Part shown: one piece after another, positions 44,362-55,554 of the stretch
Layout of the letters: every line of letters starts with the position of its first letter
How positions within the stretch are numbered: position 1 is the first letter of the stretch
Source: an uncultured Klebsiella sp.
GTDB taxonomy: Bacteria > Planctomycetota > Phycisphaerae > Phycisphaerales > SM1A02
DNA: 62,804 nucleotides
Assembly: GCA_964393015.1 (NCBI GenBank)
Contig: CAYMSD010000007.1
Coordinates: forward strand, 1-62,804
Reading direction: 5' to 3'
Program-made: the position numbers and the translations under genes
The notes under the pieces: generated by a model
Told to the model about the DNA's origin: nothing
What the model saw: the letters and a program-made list of their open reading frames with translations, nothing else
The model's database searches: none

Positions 44362-46380
44362 ATGTCGATCATCTCTTCACTCCCGAACACGACTTCGGTG
44401 CGGTCCGGCGACGATGCGGGCGGCGCAGAACGCCTCGAGCGGCAGCTCTTCGTGGCGCTCTTCGGCGGCGTGCTGCTTCTCGCGGCCTGGATCGCCGACC
44501 TCGCGGGCATCGAGTCCACGGTCGCGAGCATTCCCGCGCTCGTGGGAGCGCTCGTCCTCGTGGTGCCGCTTGCGAAGGGCGCCATCGAGGAACTGCGCGA
44601 AGGCCGCGCCTCGAGCGACAGCCTCGCGTGCCTCGCCGTCTTCGCGGCGATCGCCAACGAGCTCTATCTCGCGGCGGGGTTCCTCGCGTTCTTCCTCTGG
44701 TTCAGCGAACTCGTCCTCTCGCGCACCGCGTGGGGCGCGCAGCGCGCGATCCGCGAGCTGATCGAGCTGACCCCCGACATCGCGCGCCTCGTCGACGAGT
44801 CGGGCGCCGAGCGCGAGGTCTCGCTCTCGCAGCTTGCGCAGGGGTCGATCGTGCGCGTCCGCCCCGGCGAGAACCTTCCCGCCGACGGCACCGTGCGCGC
44901 GGGAACCTCGAGCATCAACCAGGCCTCGCTCACCGGCGAAGCCGTCCCGATCGAGGTGCAGCCCGGAACACCCGTCTACGCGGGCACCACGAACCTGACG
45001 GGACAGATCGACATCGAGGTCACCGCCGTCAAGGGCGAGACGACCATCGGCAAGGTCGAGAAGCTGATCCGCGAGGCGGAGAGCGCGAAGGGCAAGAAGC
45101 AGGAGCTCATCGAGCGCATCTCCGCCTACTACGTGCCCGTCGTCCTCATGGTCGCGCTCATCGTGTGGTTCTTCACCGCGAAGTCGGGCTCGCCCGATGC
45201 GAAGGCCGTGGCGGCGGAGCGCGCGATCACGGTGCTCGTCGTCACCTGCCCGGGCGCCCTCCTCATCGCCTACCCGACCGCGATGGTCGCCGCGTTCGCG
45301 GCGGCCGCGCGCCTCGGCGTCATGATCAAGCAGACCCGCACGCTCGAGTCGGCCGCCGACATCGACACCGTCGTGATGGACAAGACCGGCACGCTCACGA
45401 CGGGCAAGTTCGCGGTCAGCCGCCTGGCGCCCGCGGAGGGCGTCGAGGGAGCGGCGCTGCTGCAGGCCGCCGCCGATGCGGAGCAGTCGTCGAACCACCC
45501 GCTCGCGAAGTCGATCCTCGAGACCGCCGAGCGCGCGCGCATCAAGGCGCAGACGCTGACCGCGTACCGCGAGGTCCACGGCCGCGGCGTCGCCGCGACG
45601 ACCGCAGACGGCGAGATCTTCGCCGGCCGCGGCGCGTGGATCGTCGAGCTGAACCCTGCGCTCGCCTCCGAGGTCAAGGCCGTCGAGGCCAAGATCGAGG
45701 GCATGTCGGGCGTGCATGTGATGGCGAACGGGCGCTACCTCGGTGCGGTCGGGCTCGAGGACAAGCTCCGCCGCAACGCGGGCGAGGTCGTCTCGAAGCT
45801 GCGCGAGCTCGGCGTGCGCCGCATCGCGATCTTCACGGGCGACCGGCTCGCGGTCGCCACCCGCGTCGGCCAGTCGGTCGGCGTCGACTCGATCGAGGCC
45901 GAGTGCCTTCCCGAGGAGAAGCACGAGGAGCTCAAGTACCTCATCCGCAAGGGCCATCGCACGCTCGTCGTCGGCGACGGCATCAACGACGGCCCCATCC
46001 TCGCGACAGCCGATGTCGGCGTCGCCATGGGCCTCTCGGGGTCCGACATCGCGACCAACAGCGCGGGCGTCGCGCTCATGAACGACGACCTGCGCAACAT
46101 CCCGTTCCTCCTCGAGATCGCGCGCAAGGCGAAGTCGGTGATCGCGCTCAACATCACCGTGGCGATCCTCCTCGCGATCGTCGGCCTCGCGCTGGCGGCG
46201 ACGGGCAGGCTCTACATCTGGGTGACGCCCTTCTACCAGGCGGCGGCCTACATCTTCGTCATCGCGAACTCGCTGCGCCTCGTGCGCTTCGGCGAGGACT
46301 TCGCGGCGGCCGAGGAGATCCGCCGCGAGCAGGAGGCCGCCGTCGCGGCCAAGCCCACCCGCAGGCTCGCGGGGGCGTGA
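44362..46380 (+). CDS. P1B-like heavy-metal P-type ATPase without an N-terminal metal-binding domain and with an atypical CPG transmembrane motif
   Basis: SLTGEAVP (TGE), DKTGTLT and VGDGINDGP are present. TM6 reads [20 protein letters not shown] lies upstream of the ATG. Confidence 0.9.
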   Translation: MSIISSLPNTTSVRSGDDAGGAERLERQLFVALFGGVLLLAAWIADLAGIESTVASIPALVGALVLVVPLAKGAIEELREGRASSDSLACLAVFAAIANELYLAAGFLAFFLWFSELVLSRTAWGAQRAIRELIELTPDIARLVDESGAEREVSLSQLAQGSIVRVRPGENLPADGTVRAGTSSINQASLTGEAVPIEVQPGTPVYAGTTNLTGQIDIEVTAVKGETTIGKVEKLIREAESAKGKKQELIERISAYYVPVVLMVALIVWFFTAKSGSPDAKAVAAERAITVLVVTCPGALLIAYPTAMVAAFAAAARLGVMIKQTRTLESAADIDTVVMDKTGTLTTGKFAVSRLAPAEGVEGAALLQAAADAEQSSNHPLAKSILETAERARIKAQTLTAYREVHGRGVAATTADGEIFAGRGAWIVELNPALASEVKAVEAKIEGMSGVHVMANGRYLGAVGLEDKLRRNAGEVVSKLRELGVRRIAIFTGDRLAVATRVGQSVGVDSIEAECLPEEKHEELKYLIRKGHRTLVVGDGINDGPILATADVGVAMGLSGSDIATNSAGVALMNDDLRNIPFLLEIARKAKSVIALNITVAILLAIVGLALAATGRLYIWVTPFYQAAAYIFVIANSLRLVRFGEDFAAAEEIRREQEAAVAAKPTRRLAGA

Positions 46381-46471
46381 CTCCCCCGCAGCGGCCGACC
46401 CGAACGCTTTGCTACATTCCGCAGGCGCCCGATCGAACGGGCGCCTGCCTTCTTTTTCGCCCAGGACACCC

Positions 46472-47542
46472 ATGTCAACGCTCGCCACCATCCAGTCGCT
46501 CCTCGGCTCCGACGCAGACTCGCTCCTCGCCCACAAGGCGAAGGTGCCGAAGGACATGCTGCATCTCCCGTCGCCCTCCTTCGTGGACGGCGTCTTCGGA
46601 CCGACCGACCGCAGCCCGCAGGTCCTGCGCAGCCTCCAGGCGATGTTCGGCCACGGCCGCCTCGCCAACACGGGCTATCTCTCGATCCTTCCCGTCGACC
46701 AGGGCATCGAGCACTCGGCGGGCGCGAGCTTCGCGAAGAACCCGATCTACTTCGACGGCGAGAACATCGTGAGGCTCGCGATCGACGGCGGCTGCAACGC
46801 CGTCGCGACGACCTACGGCGTGCTCGCGAGCGTGTCGCGCAAGTACGCGCACAGGATCCCGTTCATGGTGAAGATCAACCACAACGAGCTGATGACCTAC
46901 CCGAACAAGTTCGACCAGGTCATGTTCGGCTCGGTGCGCGAGGCGTGGAACCTCGGCGCGTGCGCGGTCGGCGCGACGATCTACTTCGGCAGCGACCAGT
47001 CGACGCGGCAGATCGTCGAGGTCGCGGAGGCCTTCGAGGAGGCGCACTCGCTCGGCATGGCGACGGTGCTCTGGTGCTACATCCGCAACAACGCCTTCAA
47101 GACGGGCGGCAAGGACTACCATGTCTCCGCCGACCTCACGGGACAGGCGAACCACCTCGGCGTGACGATCAAGGCCGACATCATCAAGCAGAAGCTGCCC
47201 GAGCTGAACGGGGGATACGGCGCGCTCAACTCGGGCGACTCGAGCTACGGCAAGCTCGACAAGCGGATGTACGCGGACCTCGCGACCGATCACCCGATCG
47301 ACCTCTGCCGCTACCAGGTCCTCAACTGCTACGCGGGCCGTGCGGGGCTCATCAACTCGGGCGGCGCGAGCGGCTCGAACGACCTCGCGGAGGCCGTGAA
47401 GACCGCCGTCATCAACAAGCGCGCGGGCGGCATGGGCCTCATCTCGGGAAGGAAGGCGTTCCAGAAGCCCATGGACGAGGGCGTGAAGCTCCTCCACGCG
47501 ATTCAGGACGTGTACCTCTGCGGCGGCGTGACCGTGGCGTAA
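46472..47542 (+). CDS. fbaB: Class I fructose-bisphosphate aldolase (FbaB/DhnA-type)
   Basis: [22 protein letters not shown] and [11 protein letters not shown] (Schiff-base Lys region) are typical of the DhnA/FbaB family. Confidence 0.8.
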   Translation: MSTLATIQSLLGSDADSLLAHKAKVPKDMLHLPSPSFVDGVFGPTDRSPQVLRSLQAMFGHGRLANTGYLSILPVDQGIEHSAGASFAKNPIYFDGENIVRLAIDGGCNAVATTYGVLASVSRKYAHRIPFMVKINHNELMTYPNKFDQVMFGSVREAWNLGACAVGATIYFGSDQSTRQIVEVAEAFEEAHSLGMATVLWCYIRNNAFKTGGKDYHVSADLTGQANHLGVTIKADIIKQKLPELNGGYGALNSGDSSYGKLDKRMYADLATDHPIDLCRYQVLNCYAGRAGLINSGGASGSNDLAEAVKTAVINKRAGGMGLISGRKAFQKPMDEGVKLLHAIQDVYLCGGVTVA

Positions 47543-47764
47543 GCCTCGGCTTGGGAGGGCCTTGGGGCGGCGCCCGCGGCGCGGGGCCAGGACGCCGCGC
47601 AGCCCGCGCGGGGCCGGAAAGCGCCGCTCCGATCGCCACTTTGCGATTTTCTCCGCCAAGCGTGACAGGCGCCGCCCGCCGATTGCGCTTCCATGGTCGA
47701 ACAGGACACGCCGCGCAGGTGCCGGAACACACCGGCGCGGCAGACAGATTTCTCTCTCTCCGCG

Positions 47765-47796
47765 AACACCCCGGATTGCCGGGGTTGTTTGTTTTT
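47765..47796 (+). terminator. Intrinsic-terminator-like hairpin with a T-rich tail
   Basis: The stem is acccccgg/ccggggt (7 bp) with an ATTG loop, followed by tgtttgttttt. It lies about 220 nt downstream of the fbaB stop and 20 nt upstream of the mnmA GTG. Confidence 0.55.
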
Positions 47797-47815
47797 GCAC
47801 CGTAGACTCCGCCTC

Positions 47816-48921
<1,106 letters not shown>

Positions 48922-48925
<4 letters not shown>

Positions 48926-49911
48926 TCTACGCTGGGATCGATGAAGCGGGCTACGGCCCTTTGCTCGGGCCGCTGTGCGTCGGAACCAGCGCGTTCCGGC
49001 TCGGCGCCGTCCCGCCGTCGGATGGGCCGTCCCCGCTCCCCTTGCCGCACGACCTCTGGCGGCTGCTTGCGTCGGCCGTCTGCCGCAAGCCGAAGGACGC
49101 CCGTCGCCGCGTCGCCGTCGCCGACAGCAAGAAGCTGAAGTCCTCGGGCAAGCAGCCGCTCATCCATCTCGAGCGCGGCGTGCTCGCATTCCTCGGCGGC
49201 GAGGTTCCCGTCGACGATGCATCGCTCTTCGCGCGCCTCGGCGTGTCGGCCGCGGGCTCGCGCGCCACGCCCTGGCATGGCGGCTCGCTTCCGCTTCCCG
49301 TGGCGATCTCGGCGGCGGAGGCGGCGATCGCGCGCAACCTCGTGTCGACGGCGCTCGGGCGGGCCGGCGCGTCCATCGATGCGCTCGGCGTGGCCGCGCT
49401 CGATCCACCCGCGTTCAACGCGCTCTACGAGGCGCTCGGCAACAAGGCGTCGATCAACCTCTCGCTCGTCTACCAGTCGCTCCGCGCCATCGACCTCGGG
49501 CGCGGCGACGACGATGCGTTCATCGCCGTGGACCGTCAGGGCGGCCGCGCCGACTACCGGGACGGCCTGGAGCAGCACCTCGCGGACGGCCGCCCCGTGC
49601 GCATCGTCGAGGAGACCGACGAGCGCTCGACCTACGCGATCGGGGGCGGCGCCGGCGCCGGCGGCACCCTCGTCGTCAGCTTCGAGGTCGAGGCCGAGGA
49701 GCGCCATCTCCCCGTGGCGCTCGCCTCGATGGCGGCCAAGTACACCCGCGAGCTCTCCATGCGCCGCCTGAACGCGTTCTTCGCCGAACGCCTGCCCGAA
49801 CTCGCCCCGACGGCGGGTTATGTGGAGGATGGCCGCCGTTTCCTGCGGGAAGTGAAGCCGATCCTGCTGCGCGAGGCCATTCCCGAGCGGGGCTTCGTGC
49901 GGGCGGTGTGA
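48922..49911 (+). CDS. Divergent RNase HII-fold protein
   Basis: GIDEAGYGPLLGPL, ADSKKL, IAVDRQGG and ALASMAAKYTRELSM are colinear with the RNase HII motifs GxDExGRGPLxGP, DSKxL, xxDG and AASIxAKVxRD. An insert of about 100 aa is present. The GTG overlaps the mnmA stop (GTGA). Confidence 0.55.
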
Positions 49912-49968
49912 GCCGGGGCGAAGTTCCCTCGGGCGCCGACGGGCGGGAAAGTCCGTTCCGCAAAGCCC

Positions 49969-49997
49969 TTGCATCGGGTCGGATGCCCTTCTACACT
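49969..49997 (+). promoter_or_regulatory. Sigma-70-like promoter candidate upstream of fusA
   Basis: TTGCAT (49969-49974), a 17-nt spacer, then TACACT (49992-49997). This implies a leader of about 300 nt. Confidence 0.45.
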
Positions 49998-50305
49998 GCC
50001 CGACTCGGCACTTTTCCCGCCGAGGCCCTCGCCATGCGAACCGACGACCCCTCCTGTACCGCTCCCGCTGGACCCCGCGCCTCCGCGCGGCGGGCGCTCG
50101 CCGCCTTCGGTCCATCGGCGCGCGACTGGTTGAGGGATCGGTCCTGAGCGCCCCCGCGCTCGACCCGCGAACCGAAATCCATCTCAACTCGCTCCGCGCA
50201 CCGCGTCATCGGCGCAACGGACGATTCGCCCGAAACACGACCACCCGAGTCCGAGCTCTCGAACCTCTCCCGCCCGAGCGCGGGACGACCGTCAGGAAAC
50301 ACGAC

Positions 50306-52417
50306 ATGCCCACCGATCTCACGAAAGTCCGCAACATCGGCATCTGCGCCCACATCGACGCAGGCAAGACCACCGTCTCCGAGCGCATCCTCTTCTACAC
50401 CGGCCGCAACTACAAGATCGGCGAGGTGCACGAGGGCATGGCGACCATGGACTTCCTCCAGGAGGAGCAGGAGCGCGGCATCACCATCCAGTCGGCCGCG
50501 ACGACCTGCCCGTGGGAGAAGGACGGCGTCAACTACAAGATCAACCTGATCGACACCCCGGGCCACGTGGACTTCACGATCGAGGTCGAGCGTTCGCTGC
50601 GCGTCCTCGACGGCGCGTGCGCGGTGTTCGACGGCAAGGAAGGCGTCGAGGCGCAGTCCGAGACCGTGTGGCGCCAGGCCGACCGCTACGGCGTGCCGCG
50701 TCTCTGCTTCATCAACAAGATGGACAAGATGGGCGCCGACTGGGACTTCTCCTTCAACTCGATCCGCGCGCGCCTCGGCGCCAACGGCGTCGCCATCCAG
50801 CTGCCGATCGGCAAGGGCAACGACTTCATCGGCATCGTCGACCTCGTCACGATGAAGGCGAACTACTTCTCCGCCGAGGACCAGGGCGGGACCATCACCG
50901 AGGGCGAGATCCCCGAGGACCTCAAGGACAAGGCGGAGCTCTTCCGCGCCGAGCTCATCGAGAAGGCCGCGGAGGTCGACGACGCGCTCATGGAGCAGTA
51001 CCTCACCGACGCCTCGAAGATCACGAACGAGCAGATCAAGGCCGCGCTCCGCAAGGGCACGGTCGAGATCAAGTGCTTCCCCGTCCTCTGCGGCGCCGCG
51101 CTGAAGAACATCGGCGTCCAGAAGATCCTCGACGCCGCGATCGACTACCTGCCGAACCCGACCGAGCGCCCCGACACGAAGGGCGTCAACCCCGACGACG
51201 TCAACCAGGCGATGACCCGTCCGCACGACCCGAACGCGCCGTTCTCCGCGCTCGTGTTCAAGGTCGTCAGCGACACGCACGGCGACCTCACCTACATCCG
51301 CGTCTACTCGGGCAAGCTTGACAAGGGCACGCGCGTCCTCAACCCCGGCAACGGCAAGCGCGAGAACGTGAGCCGCATCTTCGAGATGCACGCGAAGGAC
51401 CGCAACGCCCTCGAGGAGGTGGACGCCGGCAACATCGTCGCCGTCATCGGCCTCAAGAGCTCGTACACGGGCGACACCATCTGCGACCCCGATCATCCGA
51501 TCATCCTCGAGCGCATGACCTTCCCCGAGCCGGTCATCTCGATGGCGATCGAGCCGATCACCGCGGAAGACAAGAAGAAGCTCGGCGACGCGCTCACGAC
51601 GATCCGCCGCGAGGACCCCTCCTTCCGCTCGAACTACAACGACGAGACGGGCGAGACGATCATCGCGGGCATGGGTGAGCTCCACCTCGAGATCATCAAG
51701 AACAAGCTGACGCGCGACATGAAGGTCGGCGTCAACGTCGGCAAGCCGCGCGTCTCGTACCGCGAGACCATCACGGGCTCCGCGGACCAGGTCCGCGGCC
51801 TCTTCAAGAAGCAGTCGGGTGGCCGCGGCCAGTTCGGCGACGCGGTCGTCAGCATCAGCCCGATCACGGCCGAGGAGGCCGAGGCCGAGGGCCTGAAGTT
51901 CAAGGACGGCGTCGTGTTCGAGGACAAGATCTCGGGCGGCGTCATCCCCAAGGAGTTCATCCCGTCGGTCGAGTACGGCGTCCGCCAGGCCGCGGCGTCG
52001 GGCGTCCTCGGCGGCTACCCCGTCATCAACGTGCGCGTCCAGCTCGTGTTCGGCTCGTACCACGACGTCGACTCGAACCAGGTCGCGTTCGAGCAGGCGG
52101 GCATGCTCGCCTTCCGCGAGGCGGTCATGAAGGCGCGTCCCGCGCTCCTCGAGCCGATCATGAAGCTCGTCGTCACCACCCCGGACGAGTTCTTCGGCAA
52201 TGTCTCGGGCGACATCGCGTCCCGCCGCGGCCAGATCGTCGACCAGGAGATGCGCGGCAACGCCCGACTCCTGACCTGCGAAGTGCCGCTGTCGGAGCTC
52301 TTCGGCTACACCACCTCGCTCCGCTCCATGACCCAGGGTCGTGCGACGAGCTCGATGGAGCCGCTGACCTACCGCGTCATGCCGGAGAAGCTGAAGGACT
52401 CCGTGCTCAAGAAGTGA
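50306..52417 (+). CDS. fusA: Elongation factor G
   Basis: NIGICAHIDAGKTTVSERILFYTG, DTPGHVDF and NKMDK are present, with full-length colinearity to EF-G. Confidence 0.97.
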   Translation: MPTDLTKVRNIGICAHIDAGKTTVSERILFYTGRNYKIGEVHEGMATMDFLQEEQERGITIQSAATTCPWEKDGVNYKINLIDTPGHVDFTIEVERSLRVLDGACAVFDGKEGVEAQSETVWRQADRYGVPRLCFINKMDKMGADWDFSFNSIRARLGANGVAIQLPIGKGNDFIGIVDLVTMKANYFSAEDQGGTITEGEIPEDLKDKAELFRAELIEKAAEVDDALMEQYLTDASKITNEQIKAALRKGTVEIKCFPVLCGAALKNIGVQKILDAAIDYLPNPTERPDTKGVNPDDVNQAMTRPHDPNAPFSALVFKVVSDTHGDLTYIRVYSGKLDKGTRVLNPGNGKRENVSRIFEMHAKDRNALEEVDAGNIVAVIGLKSSYTGDTICDPDHPIILERMTFPEPVISMAIEPITAEDKKKLGDALTTIRREDPSFRSNYNDETGETIIAGMGELHLEIIKNKLTRDMKVGVNVGKPRVSYRETITGSADQVRGLFKKQSGGRGQFGDAVVSISPITAEEAEAEGLKFKDGVVFEDKISGGVIPKEFIPSVEYGVRQAAASGVLGGYPVINVRVQLVFGSYHDVDSNQVAFEQAGMLAFREAVMKARPALLEPIMKLVVTTPDEFFGNVSGDIASRRGQIVDQEMRGNARLLTCEVPLSELFGYTTSLRSMTQGRATSSMEPLTYRVMPEKLKDSVLKK

Positions 52418-52455
52418 GACCCGCGTCACACGGGCCCACTCGAAGTCGTCTCATC

Positions 52456-52492
52456 CGCGCCGCCGGCCACCTTGGCCGGCGGCGCGCTTTTT
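52456..52492 (+). terminator. Intrinsic terminator of fusA
   Basis: A 13-bp GC stem (ccgcgccgccggcc / ggccggcggcgcg) with loop ACCTT is followed by CTTTTT. Confidence 0.8.
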
Positions 52493-52570
52493 CAGCCTGT
52501 GCGCGCGAAACCGAACCCACGGCGCTCCCCGATCCCAAGCCCCGTGAACTTTGCGGACGACCCGCCTACC

Positions 52571-54430
52571 ATGGCGCCCTCGATGGCGGACCTTCCCGCA
52601 GAACCGACCGAACTGCAGTCAGACCGTGGAGTCTTCCGCGCAGAGTACGAGCGAGAGCTCGGCACCTGGCTGCGGCGACGCCTCGGGTACCTCTGCCTTG
52701 TCTACTCGGCGTTCCAGATCCTGTCGATCGTGCTGCTTCTTGTCGCGGGAGCGGTGCTCGGCGACGGGGAGGGCGACGCATCGGAAGTGCGCGCGGAACG
52801 CGCTGCCTCGATCGAGACGATCCTGACGCCTGAGACGCCTGGGACGCCCGAGTCGCCCGTGCCGCCCGTGCCGCCCGTGCCGCCCGTGCCGCCCGAGGGT
52901 GGCCCCGCGAGCGGCGACACGCCGAACCCGCCTGCTGAACCCGCGCCGAGCACGGCCGAACGGCCATCCGCTGCCGATGACTCCGCCGCCGCGCCAGCCG
53001 CGGAGGGCGACGACATGGATCCAGCGGCCGCCCGCGCGCAGGATGCGACGGACGGTCCCGCGCGTCGGAGCCGTGGAGACGGCCCATGGCCGCCGAAGGT
53101 GCTGCAGCGGACGCTCAACCCGAACGCGGCCGCGATCGAGGCCGCCGAGCAGACCTTCGAGACGCCGATGTGGGTCCTCGCGGTCGCGGGCCTGCCGTCG
53201 CTTGCCGTGATCGCCTGGTTCGGCCTCGTGATCAGGCCGAAGCTGATCACGCGCTCGGAGGCCGTCGCCGCGGCGACGCGCATGATCCTTGCGCTCGGCC
53301 TCCTCAACTTCGCCTTCGAGTGCGCGCTTCTCCTGGCGGAGCCAAGCACGCCGATCACGCCCATCATCTCGATCTTCGTCTGGCATCTCACGGCGTCGCT
53401 CTTCCTGCCGTGGACCTGGCGCGAATCGCTGCGGCCGATCCTGCCACTCCTCGCGTGCTGGTTCCTCCTGCGCCTCGGGCTCGCGGCCAGCGACGGCGAG
53501 TGGCTGCGGTTCCTCGCGTCGGTCGCGGCTGCGCCGCTCCTGTTCGCGCCCGCGCTCATCCTCTGCTACGCCCGGCTCCGCTGGCACCAGCGCCGCTTCA
53601 AGAGCGGCTTCGTGGGCCGGCGGTTCCTCGCGATGCGCCGCGAGTTCCTGCAGGCCCGCGCGGTGCACGAGTCGCTCTTCCCGAGCCCGATCGACCTCGA
53701 GTGGCTGCGCTTCGACTTCGGCTACAGGCCCGCCGCGGACATCGGCGGCGACTTCATCCACGCGTGGGTGGACGAGTGGGACCGATTCCATGTGGTCCTG
53801 ATCGATGTCACGGGCCACGGGCTTGCGAGCGCGATGAGCGTGGCGCGCATCCACGGCGAGATCGAGCGCCTGCGCGACGAGCACCCCGGCGACGGTCCCG
53901 CGCGGATGCTCGCGCGGCTCAACCGCTACTTCCACCGCCTCCTGGCGCGACACAAGCTGTTCGCGACGGGCGTGATGCTGACGATCGATCCACGGACCGG
54001 CGAGGCGCACTATGCCAGCGCGGGGCATCCGCCCGTCTTCATCCGCTCTCGCGGCTCCGTGCGGGAACTGGACTCCACGACCTTCCTCCTCGGTGCGGTC
54101 GATGGCGAGCTGTTCGGCGAGGAGGAGAGGTCGGTGCAGCTCGAGGAGGGCGACCGCATCATCCTCTTCACGGACGGCGCCTACGACGCCCGCAGCCCCG
54201 GCGGCGAGCGCTTCGGCCTCGACAGGCTCCGTGAGATCCTGACCCGGCAGGCGACGCCGCCGAAGTGGACCTCGTACCTGATGCGCCTGATCGAGACCTA
54301 CGAGGCGGGAATGCCAGAGGACGATCTTCTCGTCGCGGAGGTCGCGTTCCTGCGTCGACGGTCCATCTCGAGCGTGACGGGCGACGAACTGCCCGTGTCG
54401 CGGCCAGAGGCGGTCGGAGTTCGGGCGTGA
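52571..54430 (+). CDS. Membrane-bound PP2C/SpoIIE-family serine phosphatase
   Basis: The C-terminus reads DIGGDFIH...LIDVTGHGLASAM...FTDGAYD. The N-terminal region is multi-TM. I chose ATG 52571 because the 52472 start lies inside the fusA terminator. Confidence 0.85.
   Translation: MAPSMADLPAEPTELQSDRGVFRAEYERELGTWLRRRLGYLCLVYSAFQILSIVLLLVAGAVLGDGEGDASEVRAERAASIETILTPETPGTPESPVPPVPPVPPVPPEGGPASGDTPNPPAEPAPSTAERPSAADDSAAAPAAEGDDMDPAAARAQDATDGPARRSRGDGPWPPKVLQRTLNPNAAAIEAAEQTFETPMWVLAVAGLPSLAVIAWFGLVIRPKLITRSEAVAAATRMILALGLLNFAFECALLLAEPSTPITPIISIFVWHLTASLFLPWTWRESLRPILPLLACWFLLRLGLAASDGEWLRFLASVAAAPLLFAPALILCYARLRWHQRRFKSGFVGRRFLAMRREFLQARAVHESLFPSPIDLEWLRFDFGYRPAADIGGDFIHAWVDEWDRFHVVLIDVTGHGLASAMSVARIHGEIERLRDEHPGDGPARMLARLNRYFHRLLARHKLFATGVMLTIDPRTGEAHYASAGHPPVFIRSRGSVRELDSTTFLLGAVDGELFGEEERSVQLEEGDRIILFTDGAYDARSPGGERFGLDRLREILTRQATPPKWTSYLMRLIETYEAGMPEDDLLVAEVAFLRRRSISSVTGDELPVSRPEAVGVRA
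52854..52895. repeat. 9-bp in-frame tandem repeat (cgcccgtgc, 4 copies) encoding (PVP)n
   Basis: Read directly from the sequence. It lies inside the phosphatase N-terminal region. Confidence 0.85.
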
Positions 54431-55545
54431 CGCCTGCGGAGCTCGACCTGCTCTATCGCCGCGCGGTGCGCGCCGCCTCGCGCGGATTCGGCGGCGCGGA
54501 ACCGAACCCGATGGTCGGCTGCGTGATCGTCGGCGGCGACGGCTGCATCGTCTCGACGGGCCTCCATCGCCGCTGCGGCGGGCCGCACGCCGAGGTGGAT
54601 GCGCTTGCAGCAGCGGGCGCCCGCGCGCGCGGCGCCACGGCGATCGTGACGCTCGAGCCATGCGCGCACCACGGCCGCACGGGGCCGTGCGCGGAGGCGC
54701 TCGCGGATGCGGGCGTCGCGCGGGTCTACTTCGCGGTGCGCGACCCGAACCCGAGCGCTGCGGGTGGTGCCGCGCGGCTTCGAGCGCGCGGAGTCGTCGC
54801 GGAACATCGTCCGCACGCGCTCGCCGGGGAGCTGTCGCTTCCCTTCGTCCGCCGTGTGCGAACGGGTTTGCCGTGGATCGCGGCGAAGTGGGCGCAGTCG
54901 ATCGACGGCGCCGTCGCCCTCGCCTCGGGCGAGAGCCAGTGGCTCAGCTGCGGACGAAGCAGACGCATGGTGCACCGTGCGCGCGGAAGGGTCGACGCGA
55001 TCCTGACGGGGATCGGAACCGTCCTCGCGGACGACCCACTGCTCACGGCGCGCGGCGTGCGCGTCGCGCGCGTGGCCCGAAGGCTCGTCTTCGATCCGGA
55101 CGCGATGACGCCTCCCGAGGCCCGCGTCCTCTCGAAGGATGCGCCGACCGAGATCCTCGTGCGCGGCGATCTCGATGCGCGCGGAGCGGCGCGCGTGGCC
55201 GCGCTCGCCGCGCGCGGCGCGACGATCCGCGCGCTTGGGCCGCGCGAGTCGCTGCGCGAACCCCTCGCGGCGCTCGCCGCCGACGGCGTGTCGACGGTGC
55301 TCGTCGAGTCGGGAGGCGGCGTCGTGGGACGCCTCCTCGCGGAGGATCTCCTCGACGAGGCGTGGGTGTTCGTCGCGCCGCTTGCGATCGGGGACGACGC
55401 GGCCATGCGTGCGGTCCGCGGGCTTGCCCCCGCCGAACTCGCGGGCGTGGCGCGGGCGCGGCTCGTGTCGATGCGCCGCCGAGGCGCGGACGCGCTGCTC
55501 CAGTACCGCTGGCGTACGCCCGACGAGTCGACCGCCCCCTCGTGA
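54427..55545 (+). CDS. ribD: Bifunctional riboflavin biosynthesis deaminase/reductase
   Basis: The deaminase zinc motifs are GGPHAEVDAL and TLEPCAHHGRTGPC. The reductase-domain segment is KWAQSIDG. The GTG overlaps the upstream stop (GTGA). Confidence 0.9.
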   Translation: MTPAELDLLYRRAVRAASRGFGGAEPNPMVGCVIVGGDGCIVSTGLHRRCGGPHAEVDALAAAGARARGATAIVTLEPCAHHGRTGPCAEALADAGVARVYFAVRDPNPSAAGGAARLRARGVVAEHRPHALAGELSLPFVRRVRTGLPWIAAKWAQSIDGAVALASGESQWLSCGRSRRMVHRARGRVDAILTGIGTVLADDPLLTARGVRVARVARRLVFDPDAMTPPEARVLSKDAPTEILVRGDLDARGAARVAALAARGATIRALGPRESLREPLAALAADGVSTVLVESGGGVVGRLLAEDLLDEAWVFVAPLAIGDDAAMRAVRGLAPAELAGVARARLVSMRRRGADALLQYRWRTPDESTAPS

Positions 55546-55554
55546 GCGTCGCGC

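Noticed and set aside
50034-50147. A 37-codon upstream ORF in the fusA leader (MRTDDPSCTAPAG...).
   Set aside because: It has no Shine-Dalgarno sequence and non-coding-like composition. It is the tail of a long shadow ORF (48975-50147).
52472-52570. A longer N-terminus for the PP2C phosphatase, starting at 52472.
   Set aside because: That start codon lies inside the stem-loop of the fusA terminator (52456-52492). The ATG at 52571 is preferred.
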